64,000 nucleotides of DNA, taken from assembly GCF_006345805.1 (NCBI RefSeq), contig NC_043000.1, forward strand, positions 101,060,001-101,124,000. The letters run 5' to 3'. Within the stretch, counting starts at the first letter, position 1. Every line of letters begins with the position of its first letter. This DNA is from Octopus sinensis (lineage: Eukaryota). The translations under genes and the position numbers were made by a program. Shown piece by piece: positions 49,678 through 60,829 of the stretch. Under the pieces are notes generated by a model that saw only the letters and a program-made list of their open reading frames with translations, did not search any database and was not told the origin of the DNA.

Positions 49678-49690
<13 letters not shown>
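49470..49690 (+). mobile_element. Short (TA)n-flanked element with hammerhead-like motif
   Basis: (TA)n on both sides; homologous to 35640-35860. Confidence 0.7.
49551..49585 (+). ncRNA. Minimal hammerhead-like motif, decayed
   Basis: GTTT CCGACGA A GAGC TCC GCTC AAAAC GTT AAAC. Stems I and II and the ACGT palindrome are intact; U4->C and G12->A. Confidence 0.5.
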
Positions 49691-49734
<44 letters not shown>

Positions 49735-50884
49735 GTACATTTATATATTCAAATATGCATATAACTTTTACACACACATATATAAACACATACACACACA
49801 TGTATATACACATGCACACACATAAACTTGACATACAGCTGGTAGGAAGAGGTAAAGAAATTGTGGGTTTACGTAGCTATGTGTGTATGGATTATATATT
49901 ATAAAGAGATACTGCTTATCCTCGCACAATAATTGCTGGTCTATATAGACATTGGTTGGTTGGGTGGCTGTATGCCTTATCCCATCACGTTTTACATCAT
50001 TTAGAAAGAGGAAGACCAAAAGCAAAATATATACAGAAGCAGTTAACAGAAGTGGTGCAAAAGATGAGTGCTTAGAAGGAGGCAATGATTAAAAGAACTC
50101 TATAACATAGAAAGAAAATCTATCTCTGTATAATAACAACCAGCACACACACATACACACACACTCACATGTATATACATATAAATGTTGGTTGTTCGAA
50201 GGATTTCTCTGGTCACGCTTTATATCGTTTAGAGACAAGTGCATGATGAGTGCTTTGAGTATATGAATGCAAGCAATGAGTATATGAATGCTACTCAGTA
50301 AGGGGGTGTTGGGGAGAAGATCATGTATTTAACAATAACCGATATAAATCATGATTGGTTGGTTAACTGGCTGGCTGGCTAATACCCCAGTCAAGCTTTA
50401 CACCATATTGAGAGAAAAGTAGAAAGCGTAAATGAGATATGCAGAGAGTGTTCACATAAGAGGTACTGGGTAAGTGTCTTATGACATTTTAAACAATATA
50501 CATATTATTGTAATGAAATTTTGCAGAGATTGGTTTTCAAAGAAGTACTTTGTGATTATGTAGTTTAAAATTTTGCAAAATATTACCTTATATTTATTTT
50601 CAAATACACAAATGAGAAATTTCGTTTCATTTAATTTCATTTCAAGATAATACATATATTTTCTTTGGAAAATTAGTATTCATTTCATCATTTAGTATAA
50701 GCGCCAAGAAATTTCATGACAGCTGAACAATAATTATTGTATTTACTAGTATACCTGTGTTGTCAAAAAAGCAGAACAGGTTTATTAAAGATGAAAAATA
50801 GCTATAGTAGAAGACAGTTTGACTAGGGTGTCTATGCGTATTTATGTATGTACGTGTGTGCATGTATGTATATATATATATATA

Positions 50885-51235
50885 AGATAAAAAATGAGAC
50901 AAGAACGCAAAACATCCAGACAGTTAGGTGATACAAGAAAGGGACAACAAAACACCCAGATAGACGATACAAAGAAAACATGGACGAGTCATTCATAGTT
51001 TTCTTTCTTCAGTCGAGTTCCAGATTATCTTTGCAATTTTGGCTGGTTATACTTGAGATTGATCCAATCTGGCCAGCCCCAAGGAAAAACTAAGCTAAGA
51101 GCATTAGATTCCTTAGAAGAAAGCAGCGAATGTATACAAAAACAAGGATGGAAAAAATGGAGTAAGTTACACAAATACAAATAAGAGGATGTAACGACAG
51201 GTGTCTTTTGACTAAGGACGAATTAAATTAAGCTG
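50885..51235 (-). mobile_element. TA-adjacent repeat related to the 43.6-kb foldback
   Basis: Shares CATCCAGACAGTTAG..GATACAA ... GGACG.GTCATT ... CAGTCGAGTTCC.AGATT.TCTTTGCA. Confidence 0.65.
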
Positions 51236-52069
51236 GCATGTGTGGAAGTAAAGCCTTACAGCAGGGATACAAGATTTCACAGGCACAGGGAAGAATATAG
51301 ATGTTGCATGGACAATGGCCGAACCAAGACAGAAAGGTCAGGCTTGGCCGAACACTGGTCATGTGGGGAGAGAAGAGAGAGGTAGAGGCAGAGAGACAGA
51401 AGAAATAAGGAGGGGCGAGAAAATATGACAGGGACACAGGTGAAAAGAGTATATATATATATATAAATACAATCAAAATAAGCAACAAAGATATCCAAGG
51501 TAGTGTAGTACAATTGTTTCATGCTACTTCATTTTATTTAACACTGTAAGTATTACATCAGTTTTAAAATGTCGAGCAATCTTCAGCCACATATAGAATT
51601 TTTTTTAATTAAATGGACAATGCACATTCTTATACTTATTTCATTTGCTACCGGGTAGCAATGATACAGAAGAACAGGGGTGTGAGGACAGGATTGGGGA
51701 GTGAGAGCTAGGCATAGTGAATGAAAGAGGAAATACAAGAAAGAGATGTAAATTGGTTTGTTGGAGCAGGGCGAGGGAAAAGTTTTCTTGTTATGTGTAG
51801 GTGGAACCACCAGGTTGGGGCTAGCGGATGGCAATAACAGAATGAGACAAGGCATGTGGGTAGAATGCACAGGTTGATGGCAAGCAGAGAGAAACGACAC
51901 AGTGACACAGGGCCAAGAGGACAATATTGGGGAGTGAGAGGTAACCATAGTACATGAAACAGAAATGTGAGGAAGAGATGGGCTGTAGAGACGTAGTTTG
52001 GTTCGTTGTGGTAGAGTGTGTGAGAAGTTTTCTTGTTAAGTGTGGGGTGGGACATATAGCACTTCTAGA

Positions 52070-52862
52070 ACTCAATTTCACTGATGTGAGTGGGTCTTCA
52101 CCAGACATCTTGGTCCATGGTCATTTCCTCTGTGAGGTCCAGCTTCCTGAGATCAGTCCTTACCACTTCATCCCATGTCTTCCTAAGTATTATGAGTACT
52201 ATACACTTTCAGTGATTGGCACTTCTTTATGCAGCTGTCCTCATTCATATGCATCACATGTCCAAACCAACATAGAGAGGCCTTTTGTAGCCAACAGAGG
52301 TAATAGCTCGCTGAATTTCATCCACCCAATTCTTATTCTAGAAACAATGTTTTCAGAGCATCCTCCAGCATTGCTAATTTGGTCACCTAGGTAACAGAAA
52401 CTATCTACAACCTCAAGAGAGCCTTCTGGGCATTTGAGAGAATCTAATTCCTGTGAGCTCTTAATGCTTATTGCTCCTGCACATCTACCACATACAAAGA
52501 CTACACTATCTGTTAATTTATCTGTGATACCACTGCACCTCTTATGTGTCCATAGTTTACACTGGTTGCAGCAAATGGAATTTCTTCCAACTCCTTTCCT
52601 ACATATGGAGCAGAGCCATTTATCTGAAAGAAAGAAAGTTTTATCTTCTTTCTTACTAACAACCACTTTTGTCTAAGCTAGGTTAACTTTAAGGCCCTTT
52701 GATTCCAGGTTTTGTTTCCATATCTGGAATTTCTTCTCCAATTCTGCTAAAGATTCTGCAATTAGATCATGGTCATAAGTATATCATAGTTCTCATGGGC
52801 ACTCAGTTTTGAAATCCTCTGCTATGGCCTGGCGGACTATAATGAATAAGACTGGGCTGAGT
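52070..52862 (-). mobile_element. RTE-clade LINE 3' part with PHD-like Cys insert
   Basis: Manual translation: LSPVLFIIV..CP*EL*YTYD (decayed WELLYADD) ..LESKGLKVNL; WLCSICRKGVGRNSICCNQCKLWTHKRCSGI..FVCGRC; FCYLGD; RKTWDEVVRTDL. Confidence 0.88.
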
Positions 52863-52986
52863 ATTGAGAACTATATATATATATATTCTTTATATACACA
52901 CACACACATATTTATATACATATTCTTTCATTCATATATATGTATATATATTTATTTATTTATCTAGTTTCAGCTCACTAGCTGTG

Positions 52987-53022
<36 letters not shown>

Positions 53023-53279
53023 AATATGTGTGTGTGTGTGTGTGTATAGGATCTTTTCTGTTTGCCTTGACTTTTTAAAATCTTAAAATTTCACCATGTA
53101 TATAAGTGTATACACACACACATTGTGAATCTCCGTAGTTCTTAAACTAACACATTGAACTAACACGTTGAACATTCCACAGACTAGTATGTCCCTCACG
53201 TAAGTTTCTGTCAGCACCAGCGTGACACAGGGTGTGAGTGTCATAGTGTAATATCCTTTGAATTACAGATACCATCTAC

Positions 53280-53450
53280 CTGGCAGGCTTCTATACAGCT
53301 TCCGTCTACTGTTCCACTCGCAAGGTATAGGTCAACCCAAGGTTATAGGAAAACGATATTCGCCCCAAGACGCCACGCAGAAGAATCGAACCCGGGACCT
53401 TGTAGTTATGTAGAGCTAATTTCATAACCATTCGATCATACTCCGCCTAC
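53280..53450 (-). mobile_element. SINE family A, 5' half, degenerate
   Basis: GCTTCCGTCTAC..TTCCACTCGCAAGG ... GAATCGAACCCGGGACC. Confidence 0.55.
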
Positions 53451-53540
53451 ACATGTATGCACACACACACACACAGATATATGTTATTCTGTATACAGTT
53501 CTGTGTGCGCACGCGCGCGCATGTATGTGTGTGTGTGTGA

Positions 53541-53651
53541 GCACCCACAAAATTATGCATTTGTATATATATATATATACACACACACATACGTATATGC
53601 ATACAGACCATGTCATCACACATACACACAAATGCATAATTTTGTGGGTGC
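53541..53651. repeat. 24-bp perfect inverted repeat with 63-nt spacer
   Basis: GCACCCACAAAATTATGCATTTGT (53541-53564) and ACAAATGCATAATTTTGTGGGTGC (53628-53651), extended by (GT)n/(AC)n flanks. Confidence 0.95.
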
Positions 53652-54289
53652 ACACACACACACACAACACACACACACGCACGCACGCAGACACACACAC
53701 ACACACACAAACTCCGATTTCATGAAAGAGATAATAAATAAGAGTAGTTATCTAAATGTTTTAAATGCTGTAACAGAAAACTATCAACGAAAACTGTCAC
53801 ATCCGAATAGATAAGAAACTGAATTTACACTCTTTGTATTTACTGATTAGCAAAAGTAAATATAAAGAAGCAATTTGTTAAATGTTATACTAAACTAATA
53901 AAATAAAGAATAAAGAAAACCGTCTATGCTTATCCTCTAGATTGCTTATATATTAGAGAATATGTGTTGTTTATTCGCCGATATATATTTCTTCTAATTT
54001 CATCAGTTAAAACATTAAAGATTCTCATAAAACATAAAATACTCTAATAAAACAACATATTAAGCGTTGTAAGGCAATATACTTAATGAAAATGTTCAAA
54101 TATTTGTTTGTCTGCGAAGATAGACAACGTAATTCATTCAAAGCTTGTCAGTCAATTGTACACACAATAATTGTTTATAATAATGTCTCTATAACTTTCA
54201 CAGGGAGGTTTGTTGACGGAAAATGTTAAAAACAAAACCCCAAGATGATTGATTGATTGATTTAGCCACTAAACGATCTTAGTCATTAA

Positions 54290-54510
54290 TAGTGGTTTCT
54301 AATTTAGACACAAGGCCAGCAATTTTAAGGGGTGGGTTTAGTAGATTACATCGACCTCAGTCGACTGGTACTTTATTTTATTGACCTCGGAAGGAGGAAA
54401 GACAACGCCAACCACGGCGGTATTTGAACTCAGAATGTAAAGAGCTGGAAGAACGCAGCTAAGCATGTTATCCGACGCGCTAACGATTCTGCTACCTTGC
54501 AGCCTTAAAG
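54290..54510 (-). mobile_element. SINE family B
   Basis: GACTGGTACTTTATTTTATTGACCTCGGAAGG ... TTTGAACTCAGAA ... AACGATTCTGC. Confidence 0.7.
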
Positions 54511-55044
54511 TCAACTAGCTGAAATACCCGTCGTTGACTGGGTTCAGAAAGAGTTTTCAAAATTTATACCCTGGTTTATGAAAGTTACTGTTTCGATATT
54601 ATCAAATGTTTTGTTGCAGAATATCCACAAACTCTTATTGCCAGGTTTCGGCCCCAAAACTTATAATATTTTACTAATGAGTCTGCTGATAGTCAGTCTC
54701 TTCAGCTCTTTCTCTTTTCCTACGCTGAGATTGCTTAGGTAGTCCAAATCTTTTTTTTTTTCGATGACATTGTAGTAGTGTGACTTAATCTATAAGACAG
54801 GGGACTTAACTCATGTTAGCAAACTTGCGGATTTCACCGACGTGAAAATTGGTAAAAGTTATGGTTGAAAAGCTATTTTTATCGCTATCCGGGGATGCCT
54901 CAGGAAAAATATGTTGACAAAAGCACAGCCATGGTCGTAACCAATGTTCTCCTAAAATTGGAGCGACATGCGTGCTAATATGTGGATATGCATAAAGTAC
55001 ATTCACGTACACACACACACACATCCTGCTTATTATAGATATAG

Positions 55045-55320
55045 ATAACAAACCATTCTACTATAGACACAAAGGCCTGAGATTTTGGGGGTGGGGGCTA
55101 GTCGATTACATGAACTCAAATGCTTAACTAGTACTTTATTTCATCGACTCCGAAAGGTTGAAAGGCAAAGTCGGTTCCAGCAACATTAGAATTCAGAACG
55201 TAAAGACAGATGAAATGCCACTAAACATTTGGTCCATTTCACGAACGATTTTACAAACTCGCCGCCTTGAAATCATAGATAGCTATGGTTTCTCATTTAG
55301 GCCCAAGGCTAGAAACCTTA
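55045..55320 (-). mobile_element. SINE family B
   Basis: GTACTTTATTTCATCGACTCCGAAAGG.TGAAAGGCAAAGTCG ... ACTCGCCGCC. Confidence 0.7.
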
Positions 55321-55335
55321 AGGATAGGGTGTTAG

Positions 55336-55535
55336 CAGGGTCGTCGCCAAGCCCGTGCAGCCCCCGCAAACCCATGTTACGATCAAAGTACGTAGATGAG
55401 TCATCTATTTAGTTTGGCTAAGATGTTGAACAAGAATTTAACTATCTACGTTAACTGAAAATTTAAAGAAATAAAATCTTAATACATTGTACCTGCAAAA
55501 GTTCTTGTAAAAATATAACATTGTACCACGAACGT
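55336..55535 (+). mobile_element. Non-autonomous DNA transposon end (same family as 15790-16018)
   Basis: Starts CAGGGTCGTCGCC; reverse-complement match to the 15.8-kb copy. Confidence 0.6.
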
Positions 55536-56029
55536 GTACCAGACTTAGTGGATTGTCTACGATATCTACTGAACACGAACTTAGGTCTCAGCTTAATTAT
55601 TCTGAACTGATCGATGATTTCGAGAAGCGAAAAGTGCGCCGAGTTTATCTTTGAAAGTTGCCTGGATTATAAGAGTACTCTTTTATTCACATCTGGAAGT
55701 TTTATTCAAATTTGTAATAGATCTAAATAAATTTAACTTGCTGTACTTTTAAAGGTGTTCTTTAGGATAACGTGAAATATTGAATTTCAGATAGAATAAA
55801 GTAAATTATAGCTATGAATAAAAGGTGCGTAGAAAATGAATTTTGAGTGAAGGGATAGGACCTCGAAACAAAAAGTTGCAAGAGGCCTCTAAAAGTCACG
55901 CGACGGAGCTGGGCGTTAGTCGACTCTTTCGGACCCAGTACTTGAATGCAGCTATAGCAATTGCTTAGCTCTAAAACAGGTGACGCTGGATGAAATGCCT
56001 TCCAAGCTATCCGTGACGATGGAGTCATT

Positions 56030-56434
56030 GGCGGACGTAAAGAATGTAGACCACACCCCCTTTCATTTTTGAGTAAGGAGGTTCTGATTCTGCAAAAAAA
56101 AAAAAAAGAAAAAAAAGTCATTTAAAAATTTCAATCTCCCCTCCCCCAATTCTTCAATTTTCACTTTTTTCAGAATTTGCTTTTGTGAAATACGTAGAAA
56201 AATACGGAAATTATGATTCTGAAGAAAAAAAAAAGATAAAAAAATTGTAAAATTTCAATTTTAAAAATATAATAACCCCCCGCCTCCAACTCTAAAACTA
56301 ACTGTTATGGGATGGAGGGAATTAAAATTTTAAAATGCGGGTTTTTTTTTTTGCAGAATCAATCTCCGTACTCGAAAATGGGGGTTTCTGTAAAAAAGAA
56401 ACCCCTAAGGGGGTCCACATTCCTTACGTCCGCC
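56030..56434. mobile_element. MITE with long imperfect TIRs
   Basis: GGCGGACGTAA.GAATGT.GACC...GATTCTGCAAAAAAA and TTTTTTGCAGAATC...GGTCCACATTCCTTACGTCCGCC; arms about 120 bp. Confidence 0.75.
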
Positions 56435-56901
56435 GGCGTCATTTACCTAGATATAATGTACTAAGGCGTGCATTATACAATGTCTCATTTTTGATGGCAG
56501 TCAGGTTATTGAAGGAATTTGTGTGCTATTTCTAGCAGATTGAACGACTGTGTTGAGATTTCCCCGTTCGTTCATACAAATGCTGGTGGTAGTTGTGACT
56601 TTTGCGTCTGATGTTGTAGAGATGCCGTCGTAATAGACGATCTATCTTTGACACCATGCCCGTCACTGAGGAGGTCCACTGCACAGCACTGTCCCCTCAC
56701 TAATGCTGCACCCACAGACTTTGAAAATCTAGTTTAGAAAAATCTTCCCGCAATACAAATTAGTGTCTACTCAGAATGTTCTGAAGCATTCCAAGGCACC
56801 AAAATCTGGCGACGGGCCTGCTTTACCTGGTTAAACCAAGAGGAGCACATCCAGCTTTGCCAAGCTGATCTCTTCTATCTATCTATCTATCTATCTATCT
56901 A

Positions 56902-56968
<67 letters not shown>

Positions 56969-57604
56969 TTTGTGTGCGTGCGTGTGTATAAGAAAGACAG
57001 AAAGTGCTTTCAACTAGCCGCAGTGTCTTTTATCCAAAGCTCTAATGACTCTACCAACTCTCCGCCTATGGTTGTGCTGGTAAGCGAGCTAATGAGGGAG
57101 GCTTTACATGGTAGCACAGTTTCCTAGAAATAACAGTCAGATTTCCCTCATATGACACCCTACAGTCTTGAGAAGAGGAACACATTGAATAATGTAGAAT
57201 AAGATACGAGTTCAATGCAATAAAAGAAAAAGAAAGGATGCTCGTAGAATGAATCGCTTTAAATCATTGGTCTGCTTAGGTTGAACTGTGGTTATAACCA
57301 CAGCTCAGTTCAGGATTGTGAAAGTGGAAAGAGACATGCGAATGAATCAGATGTAAGTCGGACGGCTTATGGTGTGTAACGGGAAGACATAACGAACAAT
57401 AGAGAAACAAAGCTGACATGAATAAAAAAAAATGCAAATGGGATCTTTTCTAAGCAAGAAGTATTATCTAAATCTCCATCTCCCAAGCCAGTCCTCGATG
57501 TCATCCCTCCATCTTTGTATTTGTCAGCCACGATCCTGTTTTCTGTCTACCCGGTCCCCGAGAATGCAACCACAGTTCTAGGCTGTGGTAATGCGCCCTA
57601 AATA

Positions 57605-57850
57605 TCGCAATTTTCGGTTTCTTTATTAGCCACAAGGGCCCAAACATAGAGGGGGGCAAACAAGGACAGACAGGACACCACAGAGGGGACAATACATAGA
57701 ACGAATATGATGAGATGATTATACAATAATGGGGTTATGAATGGCTGCATGCGCCCCTCATCACATGCAATCGTAATTTTCGCCATCTTTTTCATTGTTA
57801 CCAGGTTCCATTCTGTTCTTTCTCCGAATCGCATTACTAATATCTGCATC
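57605..57850 (-). mobile_element. Tx1/L1-like LINE 3' end, different subfamily
   Basis: TTTCTTTATTAGCCACAAGGG end matches the 24015 copy; minus translation RFGERTEWNLV..MA. Confidence 0.5.
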
Positions 57851-59038
57851 GCTCATCTCTCAACATCCTGAAATTATTTAGTATAACCAAGTAGAAACTG
57901 TTTAGCAGGTTGTTTAACTCCAGTTGAATAATGGTGCTATTTTCATACATAATATATCTAAAAGTATATTATCCAATGCGTTCTTATTTATTTATGATGG
58001 CTGGGGAAATTTTACGCTTATTTCTAGCAGACTGAGCGACAAGTTCGAAGTTTCCTTCTTTGGCTCATAGCCAAAACAGTTAATTTTCAGGGTGAAGTGT
58101 AAAACTTCATTAGCGCTGAATAGTGTAATTTTTTGCTTTAAGATTGTTTGTTAGTTATCATTGTAAGGAGAATTAAGATAACATTTTATGTTTTGCTTTA
58201 AAAACTAATGAATATTTATCCGTGGCATCAGTACAATAAAATTAGCAAATTAACGAAGGGAGCCTCTTCATGTAGTCAGCTAAACTGATATCAGCAAATT
58301 TTCCTCTACGTCAGTGATACATTAATTTATTTTGCTTTTTAAATGAAAATAAAATATAAAGGTTAAGAAAATAAAACTAATGAGAATAAATTAATACAAA
58401 TAAACCTTTATTTTAAAAAAAATACAATTGAATTTTATTTTCAGCGGGAAATAATATTCCTAAAAAAAAGAAAATAAAACAGAAACATGTACAAAATTAT
58501 AAACCAATTCAGTGAAAAGTTTGGACACCTGAAACTATAAATGTCTGCTTCAAGAGAAAAGAAGAAAAAGACATTTGAGAGGCAAGCATAGTTTTGTGGT
58601 TAAGAACTTCGCTCTGTGAATACGTATTTTCAGGTTCAGCCCGATATGAAAACTGGGTAGATGAAAACTGAAAACCTGCCGTCTGCGTGTGTGAGCCGGA
58701 AAAGTCACGTTTTAATCAAATACTATAAACAATGTAATAGAACAGAAGATATTTCAAATGAGTTATTAATCAATAGTGCATGATTTATATAGGATGGTAT
58801 TACACATGTGTGAAAAAAATCCTTTTATTCAATTCTTTTCAAGTCAAACAAAAGTTTCAATCAGTCATTACAGATAGTAAACACCTTACAACTTATCGTG
58901 ACATTACGTGTATGTTCAGTATTTTTTATACTAACTACTAAGAGAAATCTTCCAGCTGACACCAAGAAAAAACTCTGCTACAGACTTATGGTCCTCCCGT
59001 GGTTCAACAACCTACAAGTTATAAGATATTTGTTTGTA

Positions 59039-59441
59039 AAGCTAAGGCGGCGAGCTGGCAGAATCGGTAGCACGATGCTTTGCGGTATTTCGTCTGCCGT
59101 TACGTTCTGAGTTCAAATTCCGCCGAGGTCGACTTTGCCTTTCATCCTTTCGGGGTCGATTAAATAAGTACCAGTTACGCACTGGAGTCGATATAATCGA
59201 CTTAATCCGTTTGTCCCCTCTATGTTTAGCTCCTTGTGGGTAGTAAAGAAATAGGTATTTCATCTACCACTACGTTCTGAGTTCCAATTCCGCCGAGGTC
59301 GACTTTACCTTTCATCCTTTCGGGGTCGATAAATTAAGTACCAGTTACGCACTGGGGTCGATATATAATCGACTTAATCCGTTTGTCTGTCCTTGTTTGT
59401 CCCCTCTGTGTTTAGCCCCTTCTGAGTAGTAAAGAAATAGG
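59039..59441 (+). mobile_element. SINE family B head-to-tail dimer with 12-bp TSD
   Basis: The second unit restarts at GGTATTTC..TACGTTCTGAG (about 59254). TATTTGTTTGTA occurs at 59027-59038 and 59442-59453. Confidence 0.88.
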
Positions 59442-60229
59442 TATTTGTTTGTACAGTTGTACATGTGTACACGAACTGGTTGTTTTTTGAGGTGGTTTAC
59501 TAACAGCATTTTGCCCAATTTTTGTATGATCTTTAAATACTTTTTCCGCTGTGTAATTTATATAAACTCAAATATTATTGTTTTTGTTTAACAATATTAT
59601 AATTTAGGTGCGATCTGGTAAAAAAAAAAAAAAAAGAATTGAAGGTTTTATAATAGACTAAACTGTTAAACAGTAAAAAACTAATGAGCGGAGAAAATCT
59701 GAATATATAATTCTGAATGTAATCAATAAGGTGAAACGTAACCAAGCAATAAAGCAGACATTTATTTAAACTAATCTACCCCGATCGGTGGTTGCTTAAA
59801 ACCGTACATTGGTGAGAAGTTGTTACGGGGTTATAAACTTTAATTGCTTTATTAAAATAAAATACAAAAAAAATATGTTGAGTGTAAATCAACTTTAAAG
59901 CCATTCAATTTATTCTATCGATAAAAGAAGGGGAAAACCATAGATTAATTATATTTACAATAGTTTTCAACAGACTGTTATTGTATCATAAATTGGAATG
60001 TTGATCCGGTGAAAAAACAAAGAAATTAATTCATTTTAAATGTATTTATTTATAATAAATTTAAAATGTCTTTTTGCTTTGTTTTAGGAGATAGTTTGAA
60101 CTTGCTAGTAATAAATTTTCAAAAAAGGAAAAAAAAAGATATATATATTTCATCTGATGATTTTGGTAAAATAAATTTTATAAATGATTCTTAAATCGAT
60201 TGATGAGTAGATAAACGTTTTGAAGTAAC

Positions 60230-60390
60230 CCTTTCAACAATAGGCACAAGACTTGAAATTTTATTGGGGAGGCGGCTACTCTATTATAGTGCCAGTAAGA
60301 AAAGAAGAAAGGCAAATTGCACCTCAGTGACATTTGAACTCAGAACGTACAGAACTAGAAAAAAAACTGCCACTAAGCATTTTATCAAAA
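60230..60390 (-). mobile_element. SINE family B, degenerate
   Basis: AGAAAGGCAAATTGCACCTCAGTGACATTTGAACTCAGAACGTA. Confidence 0.55.
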
Positions 60391-60453
60391 GCGGAAGAGC
60401 AAGATGGGGTTGGAGAGGAGGACCCTGCCACCGAGAGAATACGAGAAATGATG

Positions 60454-60829
60454 TGGAGGCGCAATGGCCCAGTGGTTAGGGCAGCGGACTCGCGGTTTCA
60501 ATATCCAGACCGGGCGTTGTGAGTGTTTATTGAGCGAAAACACCTAAAAGCTCCACGAGGCTCCAGCAGGGGATGGTGGTGATCCCTGCTGTACTCTTTC
60601 ACCACAACTATCTCTCTCTCTCTCTTACTTCCTATTTCTGTTGTACCTGTATTTCAAAGGGCCGGCCTTGTCACTCTGTGTCACGCTGAATATCCCCAAG
60701 AACTACGTTAAGGGTACACGTGTCTGTGGAGTGCTCAGCCACTTACACGTTAATTTCACGAGCAGGCTGTTCCGTTGATTCGGATCAACCGGAACCCTCG
60801 TCGTCGTAACCGACGGAGTGCTTCCATCC
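60454..60829 (+). mobile_element. tRNA-derived SINE family D (alternative 3' half) with 13-bp TSD
   Basis: Head TGGCCCAGTGGTTAGGGCAGCGGACTCGCGG. ACGAGAAATGATG occurs at 60441-60453 and 60830-60842. Confidence 0.88.

Noticed and set aside
55980-56072. Apparent exon (CAG|...|GTAAGG) VTLDEMPSKLSVTMESLADVK
   Set aside because: Its 3' half is the terminal inverted repeat of the 56030-56434 MITE, and it ends in a stop before the donor.
56545-56745. Cys-rich reading frame with an in-frame TGA (CDFCV*CCRD) suggesting selenocysteine
   Set aside because: No recognisable selenoprotein family, no SECIS identified, and no supported exon boundaries.
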